Below, piece by piece: positions 1-13,089 of a stretch of 64,000 bases of DNA (position 1 is its first letter; each line of letters starts with the position of its first letter). Both the position numbers and the translations under genes were made by a program. The notes under the pieces are model-generated. The model was not told the DNA's origin, did no database searches, and saw nothing but the letters and a program-made list of their open reading frames with translations. The DNA is from Felis catus (Eukaryota): contig NC_058368.1 in the NCBI RefSeq assembly GCF_018350175.1, forward strand, positions 16,742,001 through 16,806,000. The letters run 5' to 3'.

Positions 1-1413
1 AAGCTTTTCCAATATTGTCTCTAATAGAGTATCAGTAAAATACTTCTATAGCTTAATAAGTAAAATCTACGGGATACTGCTTAATTTTATTTTGGTGATT
101 CAAGGTTTGTTGTGCCAAGAAATCATAATGGTGACTATTAATCTTTCTTTTATAATTCTGCAGATGTAAAAAGTCACTGGAGATTGGATTGGATATGTAT
201 GGACTCCAGGTCGTATGCTGAAAAATATTTCTCTATCACTATACAATGTGCGCTTTTTTCCTTCGTATTTATCTCTTTCTTCTGAAGACCTTATTATTTC
301 AAACCACATAGGATTAAGATTTTCAAGCCACATAAGACCTGGCATATTAAAAGATATGTCTTGGATATCATTAGATTTTCCTTAATGTTGTCACAACCAA
401 AATATATACAATGACTGATTGTTGGTATTGGAAAGCAATCAATGCAGGATTATGGTTTTGAAAGAAGGAAGCATTGGAGGTTAGGACCACATGCATTCCA
501 GCTTCCCTCCAAGATCATTTTTCAATTATTAAGCTGCTACATAGAGCCCAAGACAAGAGTGGAAGTCTCACTAGGCAGAGGGAAGAGAAAGAGTGTTCCA
601 AGGTGCCTAAGTGGTTGGAATAGTAGGGGAAGGATAGGAAAAGGAGCCACAAATTCTCCTTGGGTCCTTGGCCAATTGGTAAATTGTTAATGCACAGTGA
701 GAAATTAGAGAAGGCCTAGCATAGAATAGTTTCTAGAAGGTGGATATCCTATCAAAGATCACAGAAATAGTACCTAGGGGATAAAAGATGGCCTTGGTCC
801 CAGCTACAATGGAAAGAATTTGATGAATACCCTGATCTTTAACTTGAGACCCAATAGGACCGTTTTATGAGAGTAAGAACCAGTTCCTTGGAATAAGGGC
901 AAAACAGAGAGAGTGTCTCTCCCCCCGTCCCCTCCCCACTCCCAATAGAATGCCTTTCAAAAACCCAGAATGAAATCTTGAAAGAATCAGGAAAACATGC
1001 TTGGATTCAACTGTTTGCCAGTACAGAAAAAAAAATGGTCAAGAGAAGGAGACCCCAAAATGAGCCAGACGGTGGAATTAGGATAGAAAAGACTTCAAAA
1101 TAACTCTGATTAATATATTTTTAAAAATCTGAGGAAAACATAAACAATATAGAAGAAAATATGTGAAGTCATTCATTAACTGAATTGATCTGACAGCAGA
1201 TTGGATACAGCAGGTTAGTGAATTCAAAGACAGACTGATAAAAATTATACATACTAAAGCAGAGAGAGAAAAAATAATGAAATACAAGAGAAAGCACTAA
1301 ACATATGAAACATGATCAAATAGTTGAATTGTGATTGTTTCTCAAGAAGAAGAGGAGAGAAGACATGAAATAGAAGAAACATTTGGAAAAATGCTGGTCT
1401 AGAATTGTTTTGA

Positions 1414-1598
1414 TTTTTTTTAATGTTTATTTTTAAGAGAGAGACAGAGCATGAGCAGGGGAGGGGCAGAGAGAGAGGCAGACACAGAATCCGATGCAGG
1501 CTCCAGGCTCTGAGCTGTCAGCACAGAGCCCCACGCAGGGCTCGGACTCACGAGCTGCCAGATCGTGACCTTAACATACTGAGCCACCCAGGTGCCCC
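1414..1598 (-). mobile_element. Can-SINE
   Basis: Reverse complement of SINE head (gagccacccaggtgcccc), (AG)n linker and T-rich tail; TSD ctggtctagaatt at 1394-1406 and 1598-1610. Confidence 0.95.
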
Positions 1599-1872
1599 TG
1601 GTCTAGAATTTTTTAAAATCAGATGAAAGCTATCAACTTACATGTTTATAAAGCTTAGTAAGACCCAACCCAGTAAAACTGGGATAAATGAAAAGATAAC
1701 TACATCTAGTCATATCATCGTCAAATCCTGAATATCAAAGACAAAGGAACATTTTTTAAGTGGTCACAGAAAAACATCATCTTAAAAGGAAAAATAAGAC
1801 GGTGGTTAAATTTTACCAATAACCACAGAAGCCAACACCTAATAAAAAAAAATCTTTAAAATACTAAGAAGT

Positions 1873-2077
1873 AGGGCACCCGGGTGGCTCAATTAAGCAT
1901 GGGACTCTTGATTTGGGCTTGGATTATGATCTCACATTTTGTGAGTTGGAGCTCCATATCCAGCCTCACACTGACAGTGCAGAGCCTGCTTGGGATTCTC
2001 TTTCTCCCTCTCTCTCTGCCCTTCCCCTATTCGCATATGCTATCTCTCTCAAAAATAAATAAGTAACCTTTAAAAAA
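1873..2077 (+). mobile_element. Can-SINE
   Basis: gggcacccgggtggctca head, CT-rich linker, aataaataa tail. Confidence 0.9.
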
Positions 2078-2088
2078 TACTAAAATTT

Positions 2089-2286
2089 GGGTGCTTCTGT
2101 GGCTCAGTCAGTTAAGTGTCTGACTTCAGCTCAGGTCATGATCTCCCGGTTCATGAGTTGGAGCCCGGCCTCCAGCTCTGTGCTGACAGCTTGGAGCCTG
2201 GAACCTGCTTCTGATTCTGTTCTCCCTCACTCCCTGCCCTTCCCTTCCCCTCTCTCTCTCAAAAATACATAAACATTAAAAAAAAA
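2089..2286 (+). mobile_element. Can-SINE
   Basis: gtggctcagtcagttaag..ctcaggtcatgatctc body, CT linker, A tail; immediately follows the previous SINE. Confidence 0.9.
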
Positions 2287-3000
2287 TACTAAAAGTAAAC
2301 ATCAATAACTACCCTGACCACCTAGAAATCTATACTTAGTGAAAATAATCTTTAAAATGATAGAAACAATTTCATACTTGAAATAGTTCACCACTAGACA
2401 ATCTCCAGAATGAACACTTAAATGGCTGAACAAAAAAAGAATCTCAAAAAATCAAAGCAGTCAAAAAAGCATGAAATATTATCAGGAAGAGTAAACGTAT
2501 TTAGACATATGTAAATTAATATTGATAGATCTTTAAAAATGAAGGATAAGGGATTTATATAATATGTAATGTAAAATATAAGACAACAGTCGTATAATGG
2601 GAGTGGATGTTAAATAGTACTAAACTGTTTTTGCATTTTTGTGAGCTGGCAAAGTATCAAACTAGGCAGTGATAAATCAAGGCTCCTTTTTAAAAAATCT
2701 TCATGATCACCATTAAACACAAAATATAAAAGTTACACCTGAAAGGCTAAGAAAAAAGTAATTCTCCCTATATTTCTTTTTCTCCAAGTGGTTATTGCAA
2801 ATATCTACAATGTTTTCCTCAAGTTTTATAGTGTTTGCAGAAGATGTGTAATCACATTCATAAAGGATATCTAGATCCTAACATCTGCTGTCCTAACATC
2901 TTCCCAAAGTACAGTTTTTCTTTGTAATATTTGCAGTACCCTCTTCCAAGATCTATGAAATCCCTTCCTATGAACACAAAGTGAACAGTTGTCTTCTTTA

Positions 3001-3213
3001 TTTTATTTTCTTATGCTTGCTTATTTTTGAGAGCTAGAGAGAGAGATAGAGATAGTAAGCATGAGCAGGGGAGGGGCAGAGAGAGAGGGAGAATCCTAAG
3101 TGGGCTCTGCACGGTCAGCACAGAGCCCTATGTGGGGCTCAAACTCACGCACCATGAGATCATGACCTGAGCTGAAGTCAGACACTTACCCCGCTGAGCC
3201 ACCTATGTGCCCC
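3001..3213 (-). mobile_element. Can-SINE
   Basis: gagatcatgacctgagctgaagtcag body; TSD agttgtcttctt on both sides. Confidence 0.9.
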
Positions 3214-3480
3214 AAGTTGTCTTCTTATAGGAGCCACTGTTCTTGAACAGATGGTCACGTCTGGGATTTTTCACTGCACTGAAACAGCGTTATGTTTCCT
3301 GGAGAGGTGGGTAGTGCTCCCCAAACTCCTCTCCCCCTCAGCAGAACTGTGTCTCAGTGAGTGGCCCCTCTCCCATTGTAAAACTGAAAACAATGCTTCT
3401 AGTCTTAACTGGTACACGCTTCTCTTTCTAGGACTCACACATGTGCCATGGGTAGATTACTATGAAAACACATCAGATAG

Positions 3481-3632
3481 ATTGGTTTTCAACAAGGAGT
3501 GATTTTGCCCCATCCCAGGGGAAGTTGCTACTGGCATCTAGTGCCATAGAACATTCTATAATGCCAGGACAGCCTCTGCAACAAAATATTACCAGTCTAA
3601 CATGCCAGAAGTGCCAAGACGGAGAAGATCTG
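3481..3632. mobile_element. MER20-like hAT-Charlie DNA transposon remnant
   Basis: gtgattttgcccc..tgctactggcatctagtg..caggacagcc..agaagtgccaag resembles recalled MER20 consensus. Confidence 0.7.
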
Positions 3633-4104
3633 TAATTACACCAACCCCAAACTCTACCCTGAATTACTTATGGCTGAGGCTTCCTTTCTTTTTGATTGTT
3701 CCTCTATTTCCTCAGGATTAGTTCTAATCTGAGAGGCTCCTCATTCCCTCAGCATAAAAATACATCTTAATGAACCCTTCACATCAGGATCCAACTAGTT
3801 AGTTCTGCTAATAAAGAAGTATATAAATATCTATACATTTTACTTAGGCTTAGTGGCATTCCAGTTGAAAGGTTCCAGTGAAATACAATCTTTGAAGTTA
3901 ATATAACGCCATAATTCAGCTAAATTAGTACATTCTACATTCAAGAAGCATTTATACTTTTTTGTGTATAAGCAACAGCTGATTGAGTAAATTTCAGTAG
4001 CATTCTGTAGAAAACTGTAATTAATTTTTCAAACTCATGTTCAACTGTCTAAATCAAGGTTTTGAAGAAGAGTAAGAACAGTTCATAATGGGGAAAAATG
4101 AAAT

Positions 4105-4272
4105 GTAGTGGCTTGGAGTGCAGAATTTAGAGCCAGATAGGCTTTAACTCAAATTATCTCTGCCTCTTTTGAACTACAAAACCATAGAAGACTTTGTTAA
4201 CACTCAAATTCTCAATTTCTCATTTGTAAATAAGGATAGTAATAGCTATCTCTTAGGGATGAGGCAAGGGAT
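4105..4272 (+). mobile_element. MIR SINE
   Basis: gtagtgg..tagagccagatagg..ctcaatttctcatttgtaaataaggatagtaatagctatctc core. Confidence 0.7.
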
Positions 4273-6294
4273 TGTTTTGTTTTGTTTTAAATAATAAAGG
4301 GAGAAAACAGGTACAAGATCCATGGAAAGAATTTGCAGTATCTCTTGTCTTCAATAGGAAGGTTGAGCAAGAGGCTAATTCTTAACCCAGAGCAACTGAC
4401 TTCTTGAACTGTTAAGTCTTATGACAGACTATTTCTTTTGTGACCAGAGTATTGTGTATTCTTTTTCATATATATTTCCCATTAGTTTTTTTTATTTACT
4501 CTATTTGCACCAAATAATTCTTACTGACTGATAACTTCCAGCTTCTACCTTACTTTAGGTTGTATATGACATGACATAGGTTCCCAGGTTTGTTTGTTTG
4601 TTTCTTCATGACTGTAGAACTGCTGATCCCAATGAACTGATTTCTCTCAATATGTTCTAGCTTAATTTCCGAGACTAAGAAATGTGACTTCCCTAGCTCA
4701 TGTTTTGCCAAAATACATAATTAAGGGTGACTTCCTAAGATTTGGACTGAATGTTGAGTCACAAATCCACACTTGGGCCAATCAGTAGACGTATGTGTGT
4801 CAGAAGGAGGGAAGATACGGTACCATTGCTTTCTCTGACTGTCCCTTGAGTGGGGGGGGTTGTAGGTGGGTTCGGGTTTTCTCAGAATTAGCTTATAGGT
4901 ATCTTGACTCGCAGATATATTGAATAAATGTTAAATGAGGTAGATAATCTATTATATTTTAAGTCTATTTGTACAAGTCACCCAATAACTGTACTTATTA
5001 TTATTACTATTGCAATGATTAAAATTGCTAATTGATGAATATTTCAGTTAAAAACTATTGTAGGAAAATACTCATTAAAAATGTAGTTTATTTTAAAAGA
5101 GGTGGTAGATATTTTTATGCCTAAGTATGAATTTGAAGATGAATTTATCTCCTAGTGAATTTTATATTCACTGAACATTAGGAAAAAGAAAACTTTCAAA
5201 GTGACTATTCCATGTACTTCTTTACTTATCCGTAATAAGTTGTAGCTACAACTTGACGTATGATTTGTGCATGTTCTTAATTTCTGGGGAACTCTAGGAA
5301 ACAGCATCTTCTCGGTTAGTCTGGAAATAGATAAGGAAAAGGACTTTCACCATTCTTCCAGCAGAAAATCAATTTGTAATTATAGGGTAAATATACCAAG
5401 AGTAATTCAGAGAAGGAAAGAGACATAGAATGCTCATATTAGTGAATATTTCTGTATATATAAATCAGGCAGATCAAAGTTGAATTGCATCCTAGAGATG
5501 GTGGTAGAAACTCCCTGGAGTTATGTCTGTGCTTGGGAAATGTTGATTTTGTGACTACAAAGCCCTATGTGTGTTGTGTCCCTCGGAACAACTGATAGCC
5601 TGCCAGTTTTCTCTGGAACGTTTGCACCTGCCTCCCCCTCACACTGCTCCACCCACCAATCAACCCAGTAGACACACAATCCCTAGTACCAGAAAAAAAA
5701 AAATCTAGATTCTTTATCAGTTTATTTGCAGCGTATTGAAGAAAGCTTGCATTCTGAAGCCTGGTAGACATCTCCCTCCCACTTAGGTGCACGACATTGG
5801 AAAAGCCATATAGCCTTTTTTGGCTTCAGATTTTCTTTTTAATCTATAAGATAATGTTACCTGATTTATGGGACTTTTATAAAAACCTAAGTAATAAAAC
5901 ACACAAAGTTCCTAGCCTTCAGTAGATTTCCTTTCTTTTACTTTTCAAGGATTTGTCAGAGAGAGAAATGAAAAGTTCTATCAGAATACATGAATACAAT
6001 CTGTAATGCTTCTGGTCACATCTCTCTGATTCTGGCAGTTATGGTGTCAGACAGAAGAGACCCTAATACCCACCCCAGATATTTCAACATAAATGTTTCT
6101 ACCATATTCCGCTTGGCTGGAATATTAAAGGAAGAATGTTGTCAAACTAAAAGAAAGATTTTCTATCAAACAAAGTTCTGGAGCTTTATTACCCACTAAA
6201 TCAGGGTAAATAACAAGTTTTATCTAGTATCCCAGACAACAGCAAATGTTTATTACTTAGCTTCCCTGAAAAATAAACTCCATCAGGACAGAGA

Positions 6295-6380
6295 GGCTCC
6301 CCACTTGCTCATTGATGCAACCCCAGGATCTAGAACCGTTTTTGACACATAGGTAACATTTGTTGAATAAATGCATGAAA
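6295..6380 (+). mobile_element. L2 3' end
   Basis: cttgctcattgatgcaaccccaggatctagaac..acataggta..atttgttgaataaatg. Confidence 0.55.
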
Positions 6381-6515
6381 GCTCCAAAAAAATATTTGCA
6401 GTAATTTAATGAGAAATTAGATCTCCTAAAAAGAGCAGAGATGTTTAAAAATATTATGAAAGTCTAACATTAAGAATCATTAGGATCTGGACCACATAAT
6501 AAAGAGGCAAAAAGG

Positions 6516-6708
6516 TTTTTTTTTTTAACTTATTTATTTAAATTCAAGTTAGTTAACATACAAGTGTACTATTCATTTTAGGAGTAGAACGGAGTGATTC
6601 ATCACTTCCATGCAACACCCAGTGCTCAGCCCAAAAAGTGCCCTCCTTAATGTCCATCTCCCCCCTCCCCCCCCCCCCAGCAGCCCCCAGTTTGTTCTAT
6701 ATTTAAGA
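6516..6708 (-). mobile_element. 5'-truncated carnivore L1 3' end
   Basis: Poly-T then aattcaagttagttaacatac..caacacccagtgctca..gtgccctccttaat..C-run..cagtttgttct, typical of a carnivore L1 3' UTR in reverse. Confidence 0.8.
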
Positions 6709-7119
6709 AATAGAGACAAAATTTTTAAGTGTCCAACTAGTCTGTATTAGCACAGAGCACAATGATTGAAATTCATATTGATGAACCTGAGTCATTCAAA
6801 ACGTTGGATTATATTAAGTATCTTTAATGTTTAAATCAGAGAAGTAAACATTTTATAAAGAATTCTACAACAGCTAATTTACAAAATAAATTCAAGCTTA
6901 GCTATTTAAGGGGAAAATCTTTAGTCAACACTCCATGCCTTATTAATGTTAGATAGTTAGTTACAGAATTTCTGGTTGTGTGTGCATGTGTGTGTATAAA
7001 ATATTTCTAAATGCAAAATGAAACGTTGTGTAACGGATTTTTACCTTAAGATAACAAGCTTTCTGATACTTCTGATGTACCACATACTGATATTAATTAC
7101 AATTTAAATTAAAATCTGG

Positions 7120-7650
7120 GTATTAATAATTGGAGAATTAGAGATATAGTCACACATATTTCAAATAGTACATGTGTAAATATGTAAATTATATTATTTT
7201 TTTGAGATGGCAAAAAGTAGAAGAAACCTAAGAGTCTAGCATTAAGGAACAGATCAGATCAAAGACTGAAACATCCACACAAAGAAATACTGCAGCTTAA
7301 AATTTAAAAGATACCTCCAAATATATTGTTATTAACAACTGCCCTGGTCAGTCTTTTTTTTTTTTCTTTCTCCTTCTCTTTTTTTTGCCCTGGCTAGTGT
7401 TAAATAAAATTACAGAGTACTAGCCAATTTGTATAGTATGCTATAATTTGCATGAAAATGAAACATACTATATATGAAATATGTCATATATATTCACATA
7501 TATGTTTCCTTCTGCATGGTCTGTCTCTGGAAAGAAGGATCAAGAAACCAGTAACTTTGGTTGTCTCTGGGTACTGAGGCAAGTTTCATTTTCATTTTAT
7601 ACTCTCTGACAATTTTTTCTAAGTTGTAGCATGTATGTGCATTACTGAAC
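7120..7650 (+). mobile_element. Old L1 (L1ME-type) 3' UTR fragment
   Basis: ggcaaaaagtagaagaaacctaagagtc..; ctggaaagaaggatcaagaaaccagtaac..ggttgtctctggg. Confidence 0.5.
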
Positions 7651-7769
7651 CACATGCGGCTTATGTCCCATATTTCTAAGCCCACGTCTGGGTTCACAGG
7701 CAGTTGCAGGGAGCAGTTTTGGAGCAGACTGACAGCTTCCCACCCCAGACATCTGGATGTGTCTGCTTC

Positions 7770-7981
7770 TTAATTGAAAGAGGCAGAGACAGAGAGACAG
7801 AGAGAGAGAGAGAGACAGCGCATGAGTGGGGGAGGGGCAGAGAGGGAGACACCCTCTGAAGGCAGGCTCCTGGCTCTGAGCTGTCAGTACAGGGCCCAAC
7901 TCGTGGGTCCAACTCAGAAGCCCTGAGATCATGACCTGAGCTGAAGTCTGACGCTTAACCAACTGAGCCACCCAGGGCCCC
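7770..7981 (-). mobile_element. Can-SINE
   Basis: Reverse SINE body; TSD tggatgt(g/c)tctgcttct. Confidence 0.92.
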
Positions 7982-8300
7982 TGGATGTCTCTGCTTCTGT
8001 ACCTGAAGTCTTGCTCCAGCTCTTGAGAATTTATTTAGACCATGGCAAGAACATTTAGCATGGCAGCCCAACTCCAATCCTGTGATCGTCACCTTTTCAA
8101 AAATTGCAAAAATTTTACATTTGAATATATAATTGGAACTTAAAACATAGGAATATTTTTAAAATATCAGGTATAAATTTCAAAGTATAGATTTGAATGT
8201 ATTAATATATGAAACCATTTCAAGCTCACATGTTAAGCTTAAAGAAAATGCTAGGTAAATTAGGGAAGGCTGTTTTAGAATGTATTGTAATGTGCCATTC

Positions 8301-8507
8301 TTTTTTAAGAAGTTTTTTTAATGTTTATTTATTTTGAGAGAGAGAGACACGGAGCACGAGTGGGGGAGGGCAGAGAGAGAGGGAGACACAGAATCCAAAG
8401 CAGGCTCCAGGCTCTGAGCTGTCAGCACAGAGCCGAACATGGGGCTCAAACCCATGAGTGAACTCATGATCTGAGCCGAAATGGGACATTTAACTGACTG
8501 AGCCCCC
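8301..8507 (-). mobile_element. Can-SINE
   Basis: caggctccaggctctgagctgtcagcacagagcc body, T tail. Confidence 0.9.
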
Positions 8508-10269
8508 TATGATGAGCCATTCTTAAAGGTCCATAAAATCCTTATGTAATTTGTACTTCAAATAAGTGGGAGTCACTAAGGAGTTCATAAGTTTTATAAA
8601 GCATTTGCATTCCATAAAATGTGTCTACTTCTGAAAAATGGATTTCTGAAATCTAGTTACATTTAAATAAATAAATAATAAATAAATGAATAACATTTAT
8701 TTAAATAAATTATAAATAATATTTGTACATAAATATTCTGAAGTTTATAATGGAATGCTTTCTATGTCAAGTTATTTACATTATTTCCTTGATTTAAACT
8801 GAGTTATCAAGAAAAAATAATCACAAAAATGAGTGCTAATTATGAGTGGTAAGTTTTAATTATCTTAAAATCTATTTAATATAGATAGATAGTAGATATA
8901 TTTCAATTGTGCATAAATAACACCACTATATCCACCACTTAGATTAAACAGACATTAATATTTTATCACAGTAACATTAAAATTATTTTTGCATTTTTAA
9001 AAATAACAAAGTTACAAACTTATATAAGTCTCTACCCCTTCTCCCTCCATTCTTTTTCTCTCCCTTAAAATTGGTGTACTGCATTTTCTTGCTTGATTTA
9101 ATACTTTACTATATATGAATGATATATGTAATTTTTGTTTTTTACATATACATAAATATTATTTTACTGTGATATGGTTTTTCTTTTACTATTATGCTTT
9201 TGAAGTTTATCTAAATTGATTAATGTAGGTATAAGTCATTAATTTTCACTTATACACAATTTTCCATGAATAAAAGAGTCCAAAATATAACTAATGTTAG
9301 TCGACATTTTGATGTTTTGTGTAAACTTCTGTTTAGTTTTTGGGTCATACTTACTTGGCAAATCTAGTACTACATCTTAGGTCTCCTCTCTTCTTTGGGG
9401 ATGTATACTGTATTTTTCGCAAAAAAAAATTGCTCATTTTCATTCTACAGGATGTCAAACATATTCACATGACACTGACAAGTAATATCAGAGATGATCG
9501 TGCATATAGCACTCAGTGTAACCGCAAAAGCATCTATAATTTGCTTTAATTTGGGTTCTGTCCATTCCTACAGTGCCTCTGCATATTTCTGGAGAGGCAT
9601 TTTCCCAGGATGAATAGAAATGATGTCTCCAGACACCTAAATACAGATCTGCCTTTTTTTGTCTTGCTTCTTTAAGCCTTGCTTTGGGCTTGTCTTCGAT
9701 GGTGCAATTTCTCCTTGGCAGATAACTATCCTCTTGAGGACATTCATCATCAAATAGGATTCGCTGAGCAAAGCATACTGAACAAAAGTTTTAAAAATTT
9801 CACTAATCTGCACACCTTCTGCAGAGGTGTTCATTAATGAGTGAAAAATGTTGAACGGGAAAAGGAGATAGGGAAAAATCTCTCAGAAACTTTATAGTGA
9901 TTCCCATTACTCCTTCCTGTACCCCAGTAATCGTCAGGATTCAAACTCAATTATAAGACGAACTTAAAATATCTGCTGCACATATGAGAGGAATACAGTA
10001 AATATCTTGGAATTAAAGAATAAAAGAGTGTTCCTGTTATGATTTTATTCCTGATATGCCTGGACCTATGAAATCTTTTTTCACTCTCATGTTATAATGA
10101 AATGTAATCAATTGAAGAATGTTGAGTCATGAAGCTTAACATTTGTTGAATGGAGTACTATGGGCAAAATTTGCATTGCTGTCTTTTGAAAAAATAGGGG
10201 ATGATAACCTTCTTTCTAGCTTGACTAGTATCATGGCCGCTGCCCATTTGGGAAATAGGAAGGGAACCC

Positions 10270-10640
10270 ACTTGCTCATTCATGCATTCCTTCATGCATC
10301 TGTGGGTTGATTCTTTATGGCGTGCCATAGGAATATGTTGAATACAGGTGATTTAAAGCAGTATAAGAGACACAGTTCCTGGTTTTACACTTTATCGGGA
10401 CAGAAATCATTTAAATAAATATTTGTACATAAATAATATAGTACAATCATTGCTCATCTAAAATTAACACAGGTTGATGTGAAAATATATAAAAATGTCA
10501 AGTGATATTAATCTGAAATGTTGGGAAAAGTGCCCCTGATGCAGTGTCATTTGAGATGTGACCTGAAGAAAAGTAGCAGGCTGTCATGTAAAGAATACTT
10601 AAAGCAAAGGGCCAACTTCTTATATGAAGACCCCAGTGTG
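10270..10640 (-). mobile_element. L2 fragment
   Basis: ctcattcatgcattcc..gcagtgtcatttgagatgtgacctgaag..gaagaccccagtgtgggg. Confidence 0.55.
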
Positions 10641-10662
10641 GGGAAATCTTCTTATTTAAAAA

Positions 10663-10848
10663 ATTTTTTTTTTTTAAATATTTACTTGTTTTTGAGGCGG
10701 GGGGCAGAGAGAAAGGGAGATATCCAAAGCAGGCTCCAGGCTCTGAGCTGTCAGCACAGAGCCTGATGCAGGGCTCGAACTCACAAACTCAAGATCGTGA
10801 CCTGAGCCAAAGTCAGATGCTTAACCGACTAAGCCACCCAGGTGCCCC
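10663..10848 (-). mobile_element. Can-SINE
   Basis: Reverse SINE body and head (aagccacccaggtgcccc). Confidence 0.92.
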
Positions 10849-12363
10849 AAAAGCTCGTTATTTTTGAGGAATGAAACAGAGGCTGTCCTTTTCCTCCTAC
10901 ACAGAAAATCTTGATTCTTATTGGCATTAATATACCTTATTTGAAAAGTTAAATAGCTGGTTTCCAATCTTGTATATAAGGAGGCTGGAAATCATCACGC
11001 TCATCCTCACAATGAGAAATAAACTGAACAAATTGAAAATCAACAACTTTTCCTAGGTACACTGGAGGACCGAGGTCATGGGGCAAATTGGAAAGGCTGG
11101 TAGGCAGACACAGAGATCACAGCTGGATGGAGTAGAAACCTAGAGCAGCAACTTTCATGGGCACCAGTACTGGGGTAGAAAAACAAACGATGATTTGTTC
11201 GAAGCTCAGTGCAGCCAAGTTTGAGAGTAAAACCCCAGGCTGAACTAGTCTTAAGGGGAACCCCACACTTCTGTGAGCTTTATCTCCAGGAACCCTGCTA
11301 AGGTCTCACAGTGATCAGGAAAAAAAAAACCCTCATTCTCACAGGTGGATAGAAAATTGGCCATTTAAAATGGCCTCAAAGGAAACTTTTTTATCGGAGC
11401 CTAGCTGCCTGGAATTTTACTATGTAACCCAACCAACCTGAGAAACAGAAATACCTAAATTCTGCCTTTTCTGGTCTTCAGCGTGTGAGAAGGGAAATAC
11501 CCAACATAGCCTCTTCTAGCCTTTCATGTGGGCAAGGGAAATGCCCAGGTCTAGCCTTTGTGTCCAGCTTAAGGGTGTCAAAAGCAAAAACAAAAATAAA
11601 ACCAAAAGCAGGACCCTGAGAAGCACTTGTGAAAGAAACAGACCAGGTTCAAGGAAAGAATGGGATCTCTGGAGGAGAGCACACAAGGAAAGTCTCTAAG
11701 GAAACACAAGGACCAGAGGGAGACAGACAAGAATATCTGAGGACATTTTAGTCTCCGACACTTAAAAGTACTGCAAACAGTAAACAAAGCTAACTCTTAG
11801 TGAGATACATATAAAACCTCATGCTAAAGGTCTATTTACTACATTTACCTTTACCCAGCACATGTCTGGGTAGAATAAAAATTTTCAAGAATATAAAAAA
11901 AACAAAAACAAAGCAAAATGAAATAAAACAACAAGAACAACAACCCCCCCCCCACACACAAAAGGGGTTGAACAAAAAGACAGAGCAAGCATCAACCCCA
12001 ACTCAGATACAGAAGAGATGTTGGAATTATCAGATGAAATTTAAAATAGCTATGATTAAAATGCTAAGGGATCCATCGGGGGAAAAAAAGTATACAACCT
12101 GCAGGAACAGATGGATAAAGTAAACAGAGAGAGGAATGCTGAGAAAGAATCCAAAGAAAGTGCTAGAAATCAAAAACACCGTACAGAAATGAAAAATGTC
12201 TATGATGAGCTCTCAATGGATCAGACATGGCCAAGGAAAGAGTCTTGAGCTTGAAATAATGGCAATAGAAATGTTCAAAACGGAAATACAAACAGATACA
12301 AGAATTCAAAAGACTGAACAGAATATCTAAGAATTGTGGGATAATTTCAAAAGATAAGTTGTA

Positions 12364-12580
12364 GGGGCGCCTGGGTGGCTCAGTCGGTTAAGCTTCCGAC
12401 TTCGGCTCAGGTCATGATCTCACAGTCCGTGGGTTCAAGTCCCGCGTCGGGCTCTGTGCTGGCAGCTCAGAGCCTGGAGCCTGTTTCAGATTCTGTGTCT
12501 CCCTCTTTCTCTGACCCTCCCCTGTTCATGCTCTCTCTCTGTCTCAAAAATAAATAAATGTTAAAAATTAAAAAAAAAAA
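12364..12580 (+). mobile_element. Can-SINE
   Basis: ggggcgcctgggtggctcagtcggttaag head; TSD aaagataagttgta. Confidence 0.95.
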
Positions 12581-12857
12581 AGATAAGTTGTATATGTAAT
12601 GGGAATATCATAAAGGGAAGAACAGAGGGAGTGTTTGAAGCAATCAGGACTGAGTTTCCCCAAATTGCTAACAGACTGAAACCACTAGGAAACATAGAAA
12701 ACACCCAGGAAAATAAATATCAAAAACTCTACATCTAACCATATTATATTCAGAAAATCGAAAACAAAGAAGCCAGGGGAGAAACTTTACATATAGAAGA
12801 GGAAGAATAAGAATTATATGAAACTTGTCTTCAGGACACATTCAACAAGAGAGAAGA

Positions 12858-13089
12858 GGGGCTCCTGGGTGGCTCAGTCAGTTAAGTGCCTGGCTCTTGA
12901 TTTTGGCACAGGTCATGATCTCATGGTTCATGAGATCAGGCCAGCCTGCATCGGGCTCTGTGCTAACAAAGTGGAGCCTGCTTGGGATTCTCTCTCCCCC
13001 CCTCACTCTCTGCCCCTCTCCTGCTCACTCATGCACATGAGTTCTATCTCTCAAAATAAAAAAAATAAACTAAACTAAAAAAAAAAAAA
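12858..13089 (+). mobile_element. Can-SINE
   Basis: ggggctcctgggtggctcagtcagttaag head, A tail. Confidence 0.92.

Larger units (their letters stand above)
1040..2750 (+). mobile_element. Decayed old L1 (L1M-type) ORF1/inter-ORF region, interrupted by three SINEs
   Basis: A-rich + strand with ORF1-like tracts (gcagattggatacagcag..gaattcaaagacag; catctagtcatatcatcgtcaaa; ctagaaatctatacttagtgaaaataatc). Confidence 0.65.

Noticed and set aside
1..6. Window begins exactly with AAGCTT (HindIII site)
   Set aside because: May mark a clone end or be coincidence; technical rather than biological.
100..345. Minus-strand 81-aa ORF with an arrestin-like RPGVHTYP motif
   Set aside because: The motif is too short, and there are no convincing splice sites or further similarity.
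9637..9834. Faint resemblance of the minus-strand ORF to bornavirus nucleoprotein (ISEIF versus ISSIF)
   Set aside because: Only a few scattered residues match and the spacing is not collinear; it cannot be supported without an HMM search.
8718..10435. Identical 18-mer aatatttgtacataaata at 8718 and 10418, containing a Pumilio-type TGTACATA
   Set aside because: Low-complexity AT-rich context, one copy inside L2, and no supported 3' UTR; probably chance.
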